From: Stegostoma tigrinum
Lineage: Eukaryota
Assembly: GCF_030684315.1 (NCBI RefSeq)
Contig: NC_081363.1
Span: 56,610,312 to 56,674,311 of the forward strand
Length of the DNA stretch: 64,000 nucleotides
Reading direction: 5' to 3'
Position numbers and translations under genes: made by a program. Each line of letters begins with the position of its first letter. Within the stretch, counting starts at the first letter, position 1. The notes below the pieces were generated by a model. The model worked only from the letters and a program-made list of their open reading frames with translations, was not told where the DNA came from and ran no database searches. This document shows, in pieces, positions 25,251 through 38,644 of this stretch.

Positions 25251-25717
25251 TCACATACTGTAAGTCTAAAGAGGAAAGTTAAAAGGCCTTTACTTCAGTT
25301 ACCTGTACTTTTTGCTGAGCCACTACCCTCCAAGCCTCTCCAGCAAATGTCTTACTTCTTGCTCTGATATCAGCAAATTTTCAACAGCTCATCTCTCTCT
25401 CCCCTTTTTTTTTGTTTAGTGGAGGAGAGACGGAGGGAAACACTACAGTGATCATATAAAGCATGGGAAATCATTGCTTAAATTGTTTTTGTTTTGTTGT
25501 TAAAATTGAAAATAATAGGAATCTGTTAATAGTATGCAATTATACCCTCAAGATGCCTGGGTAAAGTGCATTGTTTAATTCAGTCCCTTCTACTCCAAGG
25601 GTGTGAACTAACATCTCTGAAAAGACCATCCAAAACTAGGATCTCTGGGGGAGCAAAAGGATGTAGTTGTCCATGTACAACAATCACTAAAAGCTAATGG
25701 TCAGTATCTCAAGAGAG

Positions 25718-26021
25718 ATTCATAGAATCCCTACAGTGTGGCATCAGGCCCTTTGGCCCAACAAGTCCACACCAACCCTTGGAGCATCCCACTCAGACCC
25801 ATCCCCCTCTAAGCCAACTAAGCTACACACCCCTGAACACTACAGGCAACTTAGCATGGCTTATCCACCTAGCCTGCACATCTTTGGACACCAGAGCTCC
25901 CAGAGGAAACCCACACATACACAGGGAGAATGTGCCAACTCCGCACAGACAGTCACCTGAGGGTGTATTTGAACCCAGGTCCCTGGTGCTGTGAGGCACC
26001 AGTGCTAACCACTGTGCCACC
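25718..26021 (-). mobile_element. HE1-type V-SINE
   Basis: Minus strand GGTGGCACAGTGGTTAGCAC...GGTTCAAATAC; homologous to the 2887 copy. Confidence 0.88.
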
Positions 26022-27769
26022 CTGAAATACCAGAGAGAAGAAGTAACATTTCAGTGTGCAGGGTCTTCGTCAGGCACAATGTGGAAACCCATGTCCATAT
26101 AAGTCACTGTACTGCAGGTAATTGATACCTTCTAGGGTCTGAGTGATGTGGCTCCAGCGACAGTTATGGCAGAATTCTGTGATAGGTTCCCCGAGGACTA
26201 TCTCCGTTTTGGGAGCATCGCTGATCATGCATTTATCGTGCATTTCACAAGCATTAAGGTGAGTTTCTGTCCAGGCAATAAAAAGTTTCCAAGTAAGAGT
26301 GATCATAATTTGTTGAATGCCTTGTAATGCTATGCTTCAACTCATTAATACGCCAATCTTGCCAAAGATGCTGAGCAAGCTTGAGGTTGAGTAATCTCAA
26401 TGTGAAAGTCAAAGTGGGTAACTGGTGGTCAAAGTGGGTAACTGGTGCCTTCAGCTCATTGCTGGCTGTGTCCATCCTCCAAGCCATTTGATACTGAGCA
26501 ACTTACCAGGGACCAGCTTCACACACACTGCTCAAGCATGGACATTGGCCTCTGACACTTGTCAACCCCTCAAGACCATCGTGGCACCTTTCTACTTCAT
26601 TTACAGGTTGCTTTGGAAGTACAGACATACGTTGTACAATGCACCTACAACTTGCATTGAAAGGCTGCTGAAGGGATGTTTTGCGCACAGGGAGAGGCAC
26701 CCAGACAATGAGTGAAATTCAGGGCTGCTCGCTTGATCTCTTAGCACTAACTCACTCAGTACCTACCTGTATGCTCGCACTATCCAAGCCTTGGCTTGTG
26801 TCGTGTCATTTAGTGCAGTTACATATTTAGGTAGCTTGCGCTGTTGATCAGCATTCCCCAGTCAAGGGGTATACATTTTGCTCTCTGGCAGTATGCTATG
26901 CCAATCCCATGCCTGCATCATAGACCAGCAGCTTACACAGCAAACACATTGCATGTGCATTAGCAGGCAGTCATGTCTCAAAGTTTTAGAGGGGTAGTTC
27001 TCACTGAAGTCCACGGAAGCACCTGTCAGCACAGTAAGTCAAGGGAAGCCTCCCAGACCAGTAGATAGGGCTAGCCATTGTCAGGCGTCTGGTAGGAGTG
27101 ATATCAGTCAGTCAGTCTATGCCTCTGAAGTCCAGGAAATGGGTCACGGTTAGTTCTAGAGCTCTGTAATCTGGTGGAGCGTGGGTGGGTGTGTTGGTGC
27201 AGAGGGCAGTGGGAGTGGGGATGGTGGGACCCTGTAGGAATAAGGAAGGCAACAGTGATGGGGAGCAGAATTGGGAATTTATTTTTTGGCATTGGCAGCT
27301 TTAGGCTGTGGGAGGGAGTAAGGGATGATTATTGTGAGGAGGGCAATGATATTTATAAGGCAGACAATATGGCAAATCGTAGCAAGTAAAGGGATCATGC
27401 AGGAAGGAGGGTGCCTCATTCATGATGGGGAGCACCTTGGTTTCAAGGTAATGTGGGTGGGGGGAAGTGTATGACCACATGTAGCATGCCAGGAGCTGTG
27501 GGGAAAGGTACAGCAGGTTCATGAGATGTGTTGAGTGGGGAGATACAAAGCCTACAGGATTCAAAGGAAGGGCTAGGTGGAAGGGGATCTAGACACCTGT
27601 AGGCTTCATCCTCATGCAGGGCTAGGGCTGGAAGCTACTGGATGAGAATTGTTTACCTCCCATCGTGCTTGGATTTGAAAGTGCATAATAAGAATGAAAA
27701 TAGCATTGACAACACCCAGAATTGCTGGGGTAAGTGTCTGGACCTATGACTGAGGGAACTGTTGAACCC

Positions 27770-28133
27770 ATAAATATGTGACTTTTTACAAAATTATTAG
27801 AGGCATGTGTAGAATTGCTAATTGGAGTCTTTTTCCCAGGATAGAAATGTCAACTACTAGGTGACATAGGTTTAAGGTAAAATGGCTAAATTTAAAGGAA
27901 ATGTGAGAGGTGATCCTTTCACACAGAGGGGAGTAAGTGTCTAGAACGTGCTGCCAGAGGATGTGGTGGAGGTGGACACATTTAAAGGCATCTTGACAAA
28001 TGCATGAATAGGCAGGAATAGAGCGTACAGACAGTATAGAGGCAAATGGTTTTTGTTTAGAAAGTCTTCATATGTTGGGTGCAGTCTTGGTGGGCTGAAT
28101 GACTTGTCGCTGTTCTGCACTGTTCTTTGTTCT
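27770..28133 (+). mobile_element. CR1 3' end
   Basis: ctagaacgtgctgccagagg...gggctgaa...tgttctttgttcttt tail. Confidence 0.8.
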
Positions 28134-28479
28134 TTATTTTTAAAATCATTCACACCGAACCAATCCACTATCCAGGCCACAGTCTAATTTCTCACGATCC
28201 TGGTTCACCTCTGTTTGCTGCGTACATCCCTGTCCCAGAGACCACTGATCACCTCATTCACCCAGTGCTATTGGGCGCACAGGCTAGGGATAGAATAGGA
28301 ATTTCATACAGTAAGGGGCAATGGTACCGGCATAACCCACAGTCTTATATATGCCATGTTCCTCTTGCTTCCACTTAATGTACAGCAATTGAATCATGGA
28401 ACATGCAGTGTGAATGTGAGCTTTGTTATCACGCTGCCAGAGTTATGTTTGTGATTACATAGTGACTCAAACAAACAGA

Positions 28480-29990
28480 TGTAATGCCAAAGCAGTGACA
28501 TTTATACAAATGCAAAGATTTATATACAATGCATTGTATCCGTGCCACCAAAGAGCACTCAGTAGGTTTTCCTCCTTTTCTCCCTTCCACTATGTCTCAG
28601 TGTTGTCTCAGGTTCCACATCTGGGGTGGAGGGAGCCTGGTTGGATCAGTTGCCCATTGGTCGTGGAGGTGTGGTCAGGTTACCCTGGGGGCATTTGAAC
28701 CTGAATGGATCACACAGGCTGAGAGACTTCTTGCTAGAGGCCAATGAACCCTCCATGGCTGAATTCCCAAGGGTTGGAGGGGGGCAGTCAGAGTGGAGAT
28801 GGAGGGCCTGGTCACCTCTGGAGTGTTCTGAAAGGGGACTTCTGAGGGGACAGTGAGTGGTTTCTGCTCCAACTGTGTGCCTCCTGGCACCATTCTGCTG
28901 CTCTCTGAGGAAGGGGCACTTTGAAATGCATCCTGCCATTGTCATACCCTTGGTCCTGAGGACAAGTGACTGGGGTAATAGAGTGCTGGTTTGTGTGCGT
29001 CTCCAGCAAGCCCTGACAGTGCTGGGCCTGGCTGTCCATGGCAATTACCAACCTGTCCATTGGGCTGTTTGGGGGTGGGTGATACAGTCAGATGGCGACA
29101 TGATCCACTGCACTGCTGCAGCTTCTGAGCAATGAAACCATTGCCTCCCACATCCCTGACTGCTGCTCCCGCACGTCCTTGTGCATGTGGACAAAGTCAA
29201 TGACTGCTGACACCACAGAGCCCTCTACTGCCTGGGGCTGAGCAGGTACTTCGTCCCTCTGAGTTCCAGCGCCTGGGGTATGTCTTCCTAGGCCAGCAAT
29301 AGAGCTGTTGTGGTGAAATGCTCACCTGATTGTGGCCCCACACTCTCTAATGGTGACATTCCCCTCATGATGCCAGTACTTGGCCTGGTGTGGCGTGCAG
29401 GAGGCAGCCTTGCTGTTGCTTCCTTTGAGGCCTCAGTGCTATCGTCCTCAAAGTTTGAAGAGGTAGCTTTGGTCAGAGCTGCCATTTCTCTACCGAGGCG
29501 GTGAACATCCTGCTGGCACATATAAAACAAAAGGGAGGGAAGGCACGGCGGCCGCTGGGTAGAAGTGATATTCAATTAATGAGAATGCCAGTGGCGCTAC
29601 CGTGAGAGTTGCATTGGAACGAAAAATGGTACTTACTTGGTTGGCAGGGCCTGTATCAGCACCAAGCAAGAGTTGTCTCAGGTTTCTGCTGTGGGGGCAA
29701 TGATTTCCTCCTTTCGTGGGACTAAAAAGTCTCATATCAGGCAGGCTTCCACCCTTTCTGCCCTTGAATGAAAGGAAGAGTGGTAGTAAGTGAGCGATAG
29801 GGTTTTACATGATTATTGTGAGGGAAAAGTAGTGTGAGAGATTGGAGGGCATGACAGTGAGTGAGTTGCAGGTAATAGTGAGTATGGTTTGTTTTCCTAT
29901 GAATGCAGATGGTTGAATGGTTAGTATAAAGAAAGGCTTGATTGAAAAGCCACATAGGAAATAATTTGTCTGGTGGGGAATCCAAAACAA
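28480..29990 (-). mobile_element. Probable PIF/Harbinger Myb/SANT-partner gene remnant with introns
   Basis: Minus-strand exon-like unit 29762-29637 (ctttcattcaag acceptor, gtaagt donor) encodes GRKGGSLPDMRLFSPT, resembling the TGGGxP...LTPxEE motif; a second acceptor near 29510. Confidence 0.45.
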
Positions 29991-30029
29991 AAGGAACACC
30001 CTAAGAAATTGGGGCAAGGCCATTCAGCA

Positions 30030-30260
30030 GTGATATCAGGAATTTTTTTTACATAAAGGGTAATGAAATCTAAATTCTTTGCATTAAAACATGATAAATG
30101 CTTGGTAAAATGAAATTTTCAGGACTGATGTTGACAGGTTTCTGTAAGTATGGTTTTCAGATTGAAAGGCATAATAGTAGATAAATAAAACTGAGGTTCA
30201 GATCAACCATGGTCTAATTGAATTGCAGCACAAACTTGTGGGGTTGAATAATCTACTTCT
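30030..30260 (+). mobile_element. Old CR1 3' end
   Basis: gatcaaccatggtctaattgaattg...gttgaataatctacttct, decayed CR1 3' UTR. Confidence 0.6.
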
Positions 30261-30309
30261 CGAACAACGTTCCAAACAATGAGAACAGAAATTTAGAAAA
30301 ATGGAAATG

Positions 30310-30500
30310 TGATCAATTTTAAGGCTGTTGTTTGAGGGATGAATGTTGACCAGGAAATCTGCCCTGCTTACAATAGTGCAATAGAATCTGTTGAATGCAC
30401 CCAGTCAGTCAAATGAGGCCTCAGTTTAACAAATCATCCAAAAGATAGTCACTATGCTAATTGCATTTCAATTTATACTGGGAAAATCTGCTCGGGTTTT
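30310..30500 (-). mobile_element. Deu-domain SINE fragment
   Basis: ttgagggatgaatgttgaccagga...ggcctcagtttaac...tcatccaaaaga, antisense Deu core. Confidence 0.55.
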
Positions 30501-31962
30501 TCAGGGAACAACAAGATCAGCATGGGACAACAACAGAATTCAAATCCTTTAAAAGAATCATATGAAATGCCACAGCTTGTTAAATTATAGTTATTATAAC
30601 TTCAGGAATGATAGCATTGTTTGTACAAAAAAGTACATCAACACGTTGAAAATAGATTCCTTTAACTGTTTTCTGTTATATAGTTATTTAAATTCACTTT
30701 GTTGCTGGAACCCCAGGACTAATATTTAATCCTGGAAGCCTGATGCAATCTCGTTATCATCGTCTGGTTAATGCACTGCAGAGCACAGTCTCCCTGTGTC
30801 TCATAAATAAAGGAACAATGAGGTTATCTTATCTCAAGCCTTTTGTTAATGTTATTCCCAACAATAATTTAGTTTCTTTCTTCCCTGCTTGTAACTCCAT
30901 GCAGTGGATTTAAAAGGAATGACCTTAAACACAGTTCTGTTTGCACTTTACCTCCTAAGCAGCTGCCATGGAGAACAAGGCAAATAGTGGATTAACAGTG
31001 GTACCTTTTGTAAGTCTGACTAGTCTGTAAAATATGCTCATGGGAGACAAAACAAAGCCTCTAATTAGTGCAGAAATATATGCCTTCAGCATACTGTTTT
31101 GACTAATATATTTTTCCTCAGCAGGCTAAAGATAATGAGACATTATTCCTTTGATTGAAAGTTTTGCAAATACAGTGCTGTGGAATTGATCAGATACCGG
31201 ATATAAATTTCCACAGTCAACAACAGCTCAGTTACAGAAAAAAAGAGCTTAATAATAGGGGGATTTAGGTGGATCTGATGAAAATGAGAAATGGCTTTCT
31301 TTAAAAAAATTTCTGAATACTGATAAAGAACTGTATTTAAAGTGTCATTCAACTTAATTTTAATTCAACGCCAGAACAAATCAATGCCACAACAGAAGTT
31401 AATAAATATCCTTTTGTGGGAACGTTTTATGTAGACTAAATCATTTTTAGAAGATCAGAACGTATTGTGCAGGCAATACCTTTCATTTACCAAATAGTTC
31501 TAAAATCGTAACCTTGTCGTAATATCCAGTGCGATACAGTTCATTTCTACTCCCACTGAGATGTGACCCATGAAGTTTAATTGAGGATTATGTACTGTGC
31601 TTGCTAATTAACATTAGGTAATTGTAAAATAATGTTCCATTGCTATACATGTGCTTTTAAACAACAGAAGATTACTAACACTATCAGATTGCTTTTCTCT
31701 GAAGTATTAAGGCCATTCAAAATTAATCAGGTACTGAATAACAAAGTTTTGTTAGTTTACCAGTAATCCTTTAGCTTCCCCTTGAAAATTATTCTTCAGT
31801 GTAAAATTTTAATAGTTGATGACATTCTGGTAGTTAACGATTGGTAGTATTTTTGAGCAGTTGGGAGTGCAGGGCAGGAAGGAAACTACAGAGAAAAGTT
31901 TGGTGCAAAGCTCAAGATAATCATAACTAATCTTCCAGCCAAAACCCAACAGGAGTGAATTT

Positions 31963-32660
31963 GGGGAAACCAAGCGGAGGCTTGGAGACCGCTTTGCAGA
32001 ACACCTCCGCTCAGTTCGCAACAAACAACTGCACCTCCCAGTCGCAAACCATTTCCACTCCCCCTCCCATTCTTTAGATGACATGTCCATCATGGGCCTC
32101 CTGCAGTGCCACAATGATGCCACCCGAAGGTTGCAGGAACAGCAACTCATATTCCGCTTGGGAACCCTGCAGCCTAATGGTATCAATGTGGACTTCACCA
32201 GTTTCAAAATCTCCCCTTCCCCTACTGCAACCCTAAACCAGCCCAGTTCATCCCCTCCCCCCACTGCACCACACAACCAGCCCAGCTCTTCCCCCCCACC
32301 CACTGCATCCCAAAACCAGTCCAACCTGTCTCTGCCTCCCTAACCTGTTCTTCCTCTCACCCATCCCTTCCTCCCACCCCAAGCCGCACCCACATCCACC
32401 TACTAACTTCATCCCACCTCCTTGACCTGTCCGTCTTCCCTGGACTGACCTATCCCCTCCCTACCTCCCCACCTATACTCTCTCCACCTATCTTCTTTAC
32501 TCTCCATCTTCGGTCCGCCTCCCCCTCTCTCCCTATTTATTCCAGTTCCCTCTCCCCATCCCCCTCTCTGATGAAGGGTCCAGGCCCGAAACGGCAGCTT
32601 TTGTGCTCCTGAGATGCTGCTTGGCCTGCTGTGTTCATCCAGCCTCACATTTTATTATCT
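31963..32660 (+). mobile_element. Young 5'-truncated Penelope-like element
   Basis: GETKRRLGDRFAEH...EQQLIFRLGTLQPNGIN; perfect 12 bp TSD aggagtgaattt at 31951-31962 and 32661-32672; hammerhead motif 32568-32595 with GTC>GGC. Confidence 0.94.
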
Positions 32661-32701
32661 AGGAGTGAATTTATAGCTAGAGAGTAGGAACCAGTGTGTT
32701 T

Positions 32702-32998
32702 TTAGATTAGATTCTCTACAGTGTGGAAACAGGCCCTTTGGCCCAACAAGTCCACACCACCCCTTGATATATCACACCCAGACCAAATTCCCTGTAACCC
32801 ACACACCCCTGAATACTACAGGCAATTTAGCATGGCCAATCCACCTAACCTGCACATCTTTGGATTGTGGGAGGAAACCCATGCAGACACGGGGAGAATG
32901 TGCAAACTCCACACAGGCTGTCGCCCGAGGCGGGAATCCAATCCAGGTCCCTAGCGCTGTGAGGCTGCAGTGCTAACCACTGAGCCACCGTGCCACCC
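32702..32998 (-). mobile_element. HE1-type V-SINE (young)
   Basis: Minus strand GGGTGGCACGGTGGCTCAGTGGTTAGCACTGC...; ttagattagatt tail. Confidence 0.9.
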
Positions 32999-34883
32999 CA
33001 ATACACCTTTCACTGCACCACTCAGTTCAACAAAAATGTGAAGTATGCACGGTACACAAACTGAACAAATGAGTGAAAATTATATTGGGCTTATGCCTAT
33101 ATGATAAAAGTTTGACGTTCAGGCATTAACAATTCAGGAGTTGCTCTGGTGCAACAAATATAAGACTGTATTAAATATGGTGGCAATTCAGTTATGAGGT
33201 CCCGAGTAATCCATGATGATTTGACTCTCCGAAAGTCGTTTTACTAAGGGATGGGCTGAGTTTAATCACCAATTGTGCTCAGAGGGTAAAAACCTAATAT
33301 CATTGTTCCAAAAAGAAAGTTGCAGTGCAATATTTATTTGTTGATGTGACATTAATAAAATAGTTGTTTGTTTTAATGATACCCAAAGCTGTCCCAAAAA
33401 TTGTAGCCTATTTCTGAAATTATTCTTAACTTCTTATCAGAATTTTGTCTTTCAACTACAAAGTTTTACTGAAAACTGATAGATAAGGAAACAAAGTATT
33501 TTGCAAACAAAAGATAGTTGCTGGTTAAACATCTCAGTTAAACATAGGTTAGAGAGAAAAAATGATTCCAGCTTATCTTTATCTACTAGGAGTAGAAAGT
33601 TTTTGTTATGCAGCTTTTATTGTGTGAATATTGATACACCTATAATGACAACAGCCAATAGTTTATTCAAAACAGGTTAATATTTCTGCTAAATTTGCTG
33701 CCAGAGGAATTTTATATCAATGTCCTGAGAATATCACCACTAATAGTTTCTAGGCTTGTAAGTATGTTAGGCTGCAATGTGGAACAGACAATTCATTACT
33801 AGGTGAAAAGTTTACAAATTAGTTCTTAAAATGTAACTCGGTGCATTGGCTAAGGATTTTTATACAGTACTAGATTTGATCTCTGTGCTCTTTGAGGAAT
33901 GCAGGCTTCTACCATGCATTAGTGCTACCATCGAACTGTATGATTTATTTCCATTAACTACTTTACTAATGGATGACTAATGGGCAACAGGGTGCAAAGG
34001 GGAAAGGTCATGTTAGATTTTTAGAGTATATTACAGCTGAAAATATCCTTCTCACTCATGAACCAGTGTGTGAATGAATCAAATTGGGTGCCATAGGTAA
34101 AAAGACAAAACATTCCTGTCGCAAACAAATCCTTCAGCAGAACTTTTATTTTCTTTATGTTTGATAGATTGGTAGATGTGTGGTGTCCATCATTTCATAC
34201 TTTTTAACTAAACTTTAGCTATCATTTCCTGCACAATGTTCACTTGAAAAGTTTGAACATTTATTTCAGCATGAAAAGTTCTGATGATACAATTTATGGG
34301 ATAATTGTGATCATTGAAGCTTTGTTTTTATATGTAATGTACATGGAACAATGGTTAACAAACATTTATTCAGTATTAACAATGTTGAAAATAACATTAG
34401 TGAAAATATCCTTTTAAACGGCTTGTGATTTAATTCAGAAAGCAACTTGCATTATTGCAGCATTGGATTTTCTTTCATTCAATCTGTTGTGGGTGTTGAG
34501 TATTTATTGTTCAACCGTAATTGCCCTGACAAGGTGGTATTAGCTGCTTTCTTGAACAGCATCAGTCGTTGAGCTGTAGGAACAGCCATAGTGCAGTTAG
34601 GAAGAGAGTTCAAAGATTTTGACACAACAACAGTGAAGGAATACTCATATGGTTCCAATTAGGAAAGTGTCTGGCGTGGAGAGTAACTTGCAGCCAATGG
34701 GGGTACCATGCACCGTTGACTTGTCCCTTTGGGGTGGTGGAGATCACAAGTTAGGAAGATGCTGCCAAAGGAACTTTGGTGAGAGACTGCAGTGCATCTT
34801 ATAGATGGTATACACTGTTGTCACTGTGCCAGTGGTGACTAAAGAGAATATTGAAGGTGTGCCAATCAAGCAGATTGTTTTAT

Positions 34884-36255
34884 CAATGATAATGGGAACT
34901 GCAGATGCTGGAGAATCCAAGATAACAAAGTGTGAAGCTGGATGAACACATCAGGCCAAGCAGCATCTGAGGAGCACAAAAGCTGACGTTTCAGGCCTAG
35001 ACCCTTCATCAGAGAAGGGGATGGGGAGAGGGAACTGGAATAAATAGGCAGAGAGGGGGAGGCGGACCAAAGATGGAGAGAAAAGAAGGTAGGTGGAGAG
35101 GAGAGTATAGGTGGGGAGGTAGGGAGGGGATAGGTCAGTCCAGGGAAGCTGCACAGGTCAAGGAGGCGGGATGGGGTGGTAGGTAGGAAATGGAGGTGCG
35201 GCTTGAGGTGGGAGGAAGGGATGGGTAAGAGGAAGAACAGGTTAGGGAGGCGGAGAGAGGCTGGGCTGGTTTTGGGATGCAGTGGGGGGAGGGGACGAGC
35301 TGGGCTGGTTTTGTGATGCAGTGGGAGGAGGGGAAGAACTGGGCTGGTTTTGGGATGCGGTGGGGGAAGGGGAGATTTTGAAGCTTGTGAAGTCCACATT
35401 GATACCATTGGGCTGCAGAGTTCCCAAGCGGAATATGAGTTGCTGTTCCTGCAAACTTCAGGTGGCATCATTATGACACTGCAGGAGGCCCATGATGGAC
35501 ATGTCGTCTGAGGAATGGGAGGGGGAGTTAAAATGGTTTGTGACTAGGAGGTGCAGTTGTTTATCGCGAACCGAGCGGAGTTGTTCTGCAAAGCGGTCCC
35601 CAAGCCTCCGCTTGGGTTCCCCAATGTAGAGGTAGCCACACCGGGTACAATGGATACAGTATACCACATTGGCAGATGTGCAGGTGAACATCTGCTTAAT
35701 ATGGAAAGTTAACTTAGGGCCTGGGATGGGGGTGAGGGAGGAGGTGTGGAGGCAAGTGTTGGGGAAGGTGCCGGGTGTGGTGGAGTTGGAGGGGAGTGTG
35801 GAGCGGATAAGGGAGTCATGGAGAGAGTGGTATCTCCGGAAGGCAGACAAGGGTGGGGATGGAAAAATGGCTTGTGTGGTGGGGTCGGATTGTAGATGGT
35901 GGAAGTGTTGGAGGATGATACGTTGTATCCGGAGGTTGGTGGGGTGGTATGTGAGAACGAGGGGGATCCTCTGGGGGCGGTTGTGGCGGGGGCGGGGTGT
36001 GAGGGATGTGTTGCGGGAAATGCGGGAGATACGGTCAAGGGCGTTCTCGACCACTGCGGGGGGAAAGTTGCGGTCCTTGAAGAACGTGGACATCTGGGAT
36101 GTGTGGGAGTGGAATGCCTCATCCTGCGAGCAGATGCGGCAGAGGCGGAGGAATTGGGAATAGGGGATGGAATTTTTGCAGGAGGGTGGGTGGTGGAGGT
36201 GTATTCTAGGTAGCTGTGGGAGCCAGTGTGCTTGAAATGGACATCAGTTTCTAGC
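34884..36255 (-). mobile_element. Young 5'-truncated Penelope-like element
   Basis: ORF 35458-36093 (IPLVLTYHP, VVYCIHCTRCGYLYIGE); TSD tgttttat at 34876-34883 and 36256-36263. Confidence 0.94.
34985..35012 (-). ncRNA. Minimal hammerhead ribozyme motif
   Basis: Reverse complement CTGATGA-A-GGGT(CTAG)GCCT-GAAACGTC. Confidence 0.65.
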
Positions 36256-36787
36256 TGTTTTATAAAAATTGGATTTGAGCTCTTTGATTGTTGTTGGGGC
36301 TGCAACAATCCAAGCAAGTGGACACTATTCCATTATACTCCTAACTTGTGTCTTGTGGCCAGGTTCTGTAGAGTCAGGAGGTGAGCTGCTCAACGCAAGA
36401 TTCTAGCCTCTAACCTGCTATTTTAGCCACAGGACTTACATGGCTGATTCAATTTGTTTTGGCCAATGTTAACTTCCAGGATATTAATACAGGGGGATTC
36501 AGTGATCATACTGTCATTGAACATCAACAGCCAAAGGTAAAAATCTCTCTTGTTGGAACTGATCACAGCTTGGCATTTGGGCAGCATTATTATGACATGC
36601 CCAAGCCTAGATATCATTCATATTTGCTGCATTTGGATGTGAATTGCTTTAATATCTGTGGAGTTGTGAATGGTGCTGAACATTGTGCAATCATCAAACA
36701 TCCCCACCTCTGACCTTATGATGGAGGGAAGGTCATTGATGAAGCGGCTGAAGATGGTTAGGTCACGAACACTACCATGAGGAACTC

Positions 36788-36903
36788 GGGACTCTTGTGG
36801 TGGAGTGGTAGTGTCCCTATCTCTGGCTTAGAGGACTCATATTCAAGTTCCACCTGCCTCAGAGGTGTATCAGAACACACAACAGGTTGATTAGCGATAT
36901 CTA
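36788..36903 (+). mobile_element. Short tRNA-derived SINE
   Basis: A-box-like gtggtggagtggtag and B-box-like attcaagttcc; interrupts the LINE. Confidence 0.6.
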
Positions 36904-37389
36904 CCTTGAACAACTCCTCTAGTGATGTGCTGAGGCTGAGCTGATTGACCTTCACAGCAATCTTTCTTTATGCTAGGTGCTACTCCAACCAGCAGGGAGC
37001 CTTCCTCCTGATTCCCATGGACTCAGGTTTTGCTGGTGGTCTTTGAAGTCATGCTCATTTGGGAGCTATCTTAATGTACTCTCACCTCACTTTTGCAATT
37101 CAGCTCTTTGGTCTATGTTGAAACATGGTTGTACTGAGTTTAGGAGCCAAGTGGCTAAGTGCAACCCAAAAATGATCAAGTTTTTCTTTTGAAAATATTG
37201 TTTGGTAGCACTGTCAGAGACCTCTTCCGTCACTTTACTAAAGATTATGAGTTGACTGATAGGGTGATAATTGGATAGGTTGAATTTGTCCAGACTTGTG
37301 TATACAGGACATGTCTGGGCAATTTTCAACATATTGAATAACTGTCAGCATTTCAATTGAACTGGAACAGCTTGTTTAGAGATGCAGAA

Positions 37390-37516
37390 GTTAGCAAGAA
37401 CTGCAGATGGGCTGGAGTTAGAGACAATGCAGTGTGGAGCTGGAGGAACACAGCAGGTCAGGCAGCATCAGAGGAGCAGGAAAGTTAATGTTTCAGGTCA
37501 GGATCCTTCTTCAGAA
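37390..37516 (-). mobile_element. Solo PLE terminus ending at hammerhead motif
   Basis: Reverse complement starts ctgaagaaggatcctgacctgaaacatt. Confidence 0.78.
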
Positions 37517-38007
37517 AAAGCTTGTGCTAGAGCACAAGTCTTTAGTATGATTACTGGAGTAGTACCAGTGCCCATAACCTTTGTAGTATCCAGTGTATTC
37601 AGGCATTTCTCAATATTGTATGGAGTGAACTGATTGATGCCAGTGCTCAACCAATGTCAGAATGAGGCCAAAATGGATAACCCACCTGACACGTCTGGCC
37701 AAAGAAGAATGTAAATGGCCCAGCCTTGTCTTTTGCTGGTCTCCCTATTGTTGATGGTGGGGATATTTGTCCTTTCTTCCTGCTGGCTGTTTAATTGTCT
37801 ACCGCAAATCAGGACTGGATGCGACAGAACTGCGAAGGCTAGATCTGATCCATTTATTGAGAAATTACTTAGACCTGTCTATCACTTGCTGCTTCCTCTG
37901 TTTAACATTCAAGAATTCTGTAATGTAGCTTCATCATGTTGCCACCTCCTTTTTTTAGGAGGTGCTACCGCTCCCAGTATAGCTTCCTTCAGTCTTCACT
38001 GATAGGG

Positions 38008-38640
38008 TTGTAAAGAAGGCGTGTAATGTGTTGGCTTTCATTGACAGGGGAACTGAGTTTAAGAGCCGTAAGGTTATGCTGCAGCTCTATAAAACCCTGG
38101 TTAGACCACACTTGGAATATTGTGTTTGGTTACGATCGCCTCATTACAGGAAAGATGTGGAAGCTTTAGAGAGAATGCAGAGGAGATTTACCAGGATGCT
38201 GCCTGGAATGGAGGGCAGGTCTTATGAGGAAACTTTGAGGGAGCTAGGGCTTTTCTCACTGGAGTAAAGAAGGATGAGAGGTCACCTGATAGACATGTAC
38301 AAAGTGATGAACGGCTTTGATAGAGTGTATACCCAGAGGCTTTTTCCAGGGCGGAAATGACTATTACAAGTGGACATAATTTTAAGGTGATTGGAGGAAG
38401 GTATAGGGGAGATGTCAGAGGTAAATTCTTTACACGGAGAGTGGTGAGGGTTTGGAATGCTCTGCCAGCTGTGGTCGTGGAGTCAGATACATTACAGACA
38501 TTTCAGTGATTCATGGATGATAGCAAAATGCAGAGTATGCAGAGTAGTTTGATCCTAGTAGGATAATAGGTTGGCACAACATTGTAGGCTGAAGGCCCTA
38601 TATTGTGTTGTGCTGTACTGTTCTACATTCTATATTCTCC
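38008..38640 (+). mobile_element. CR1 3' fragment
   Basis: ORF 38028-38267 LYKTLVRPHLEYC...QRRFTRMLPG. Confidence 0.9.
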
Positions 38641-38644
38641 TATG

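Larger units (their letters stand above)
34460..38000 (-). mobile_element. Second LINE family copy, split by PLE, SINE and solo PLE-terminus insertions
   Basis: 3' UTR at ~34490-34560; antisense INDLPS and GVP motifs at 36720-36790; YHPISQL near 37260. Confidence 0.7.

Noticed and set aside
26408-26447. Exact 20 bp tandem duplication gtcaaagtgggtaactggtg
   Set aside because: Real, but an ordinary slippage or repair duplication with no further structure.
26030-27740. GC-richer decayed block as a Harbinger transposase
   Set aside because: No convincing catalytic motifs could be read; left unannotated.
32925-32998. tRNA gene
   Set aside because: It is the tRNA-derived head of an HE1 SINE, continuous with the V-domain and LINE tail.
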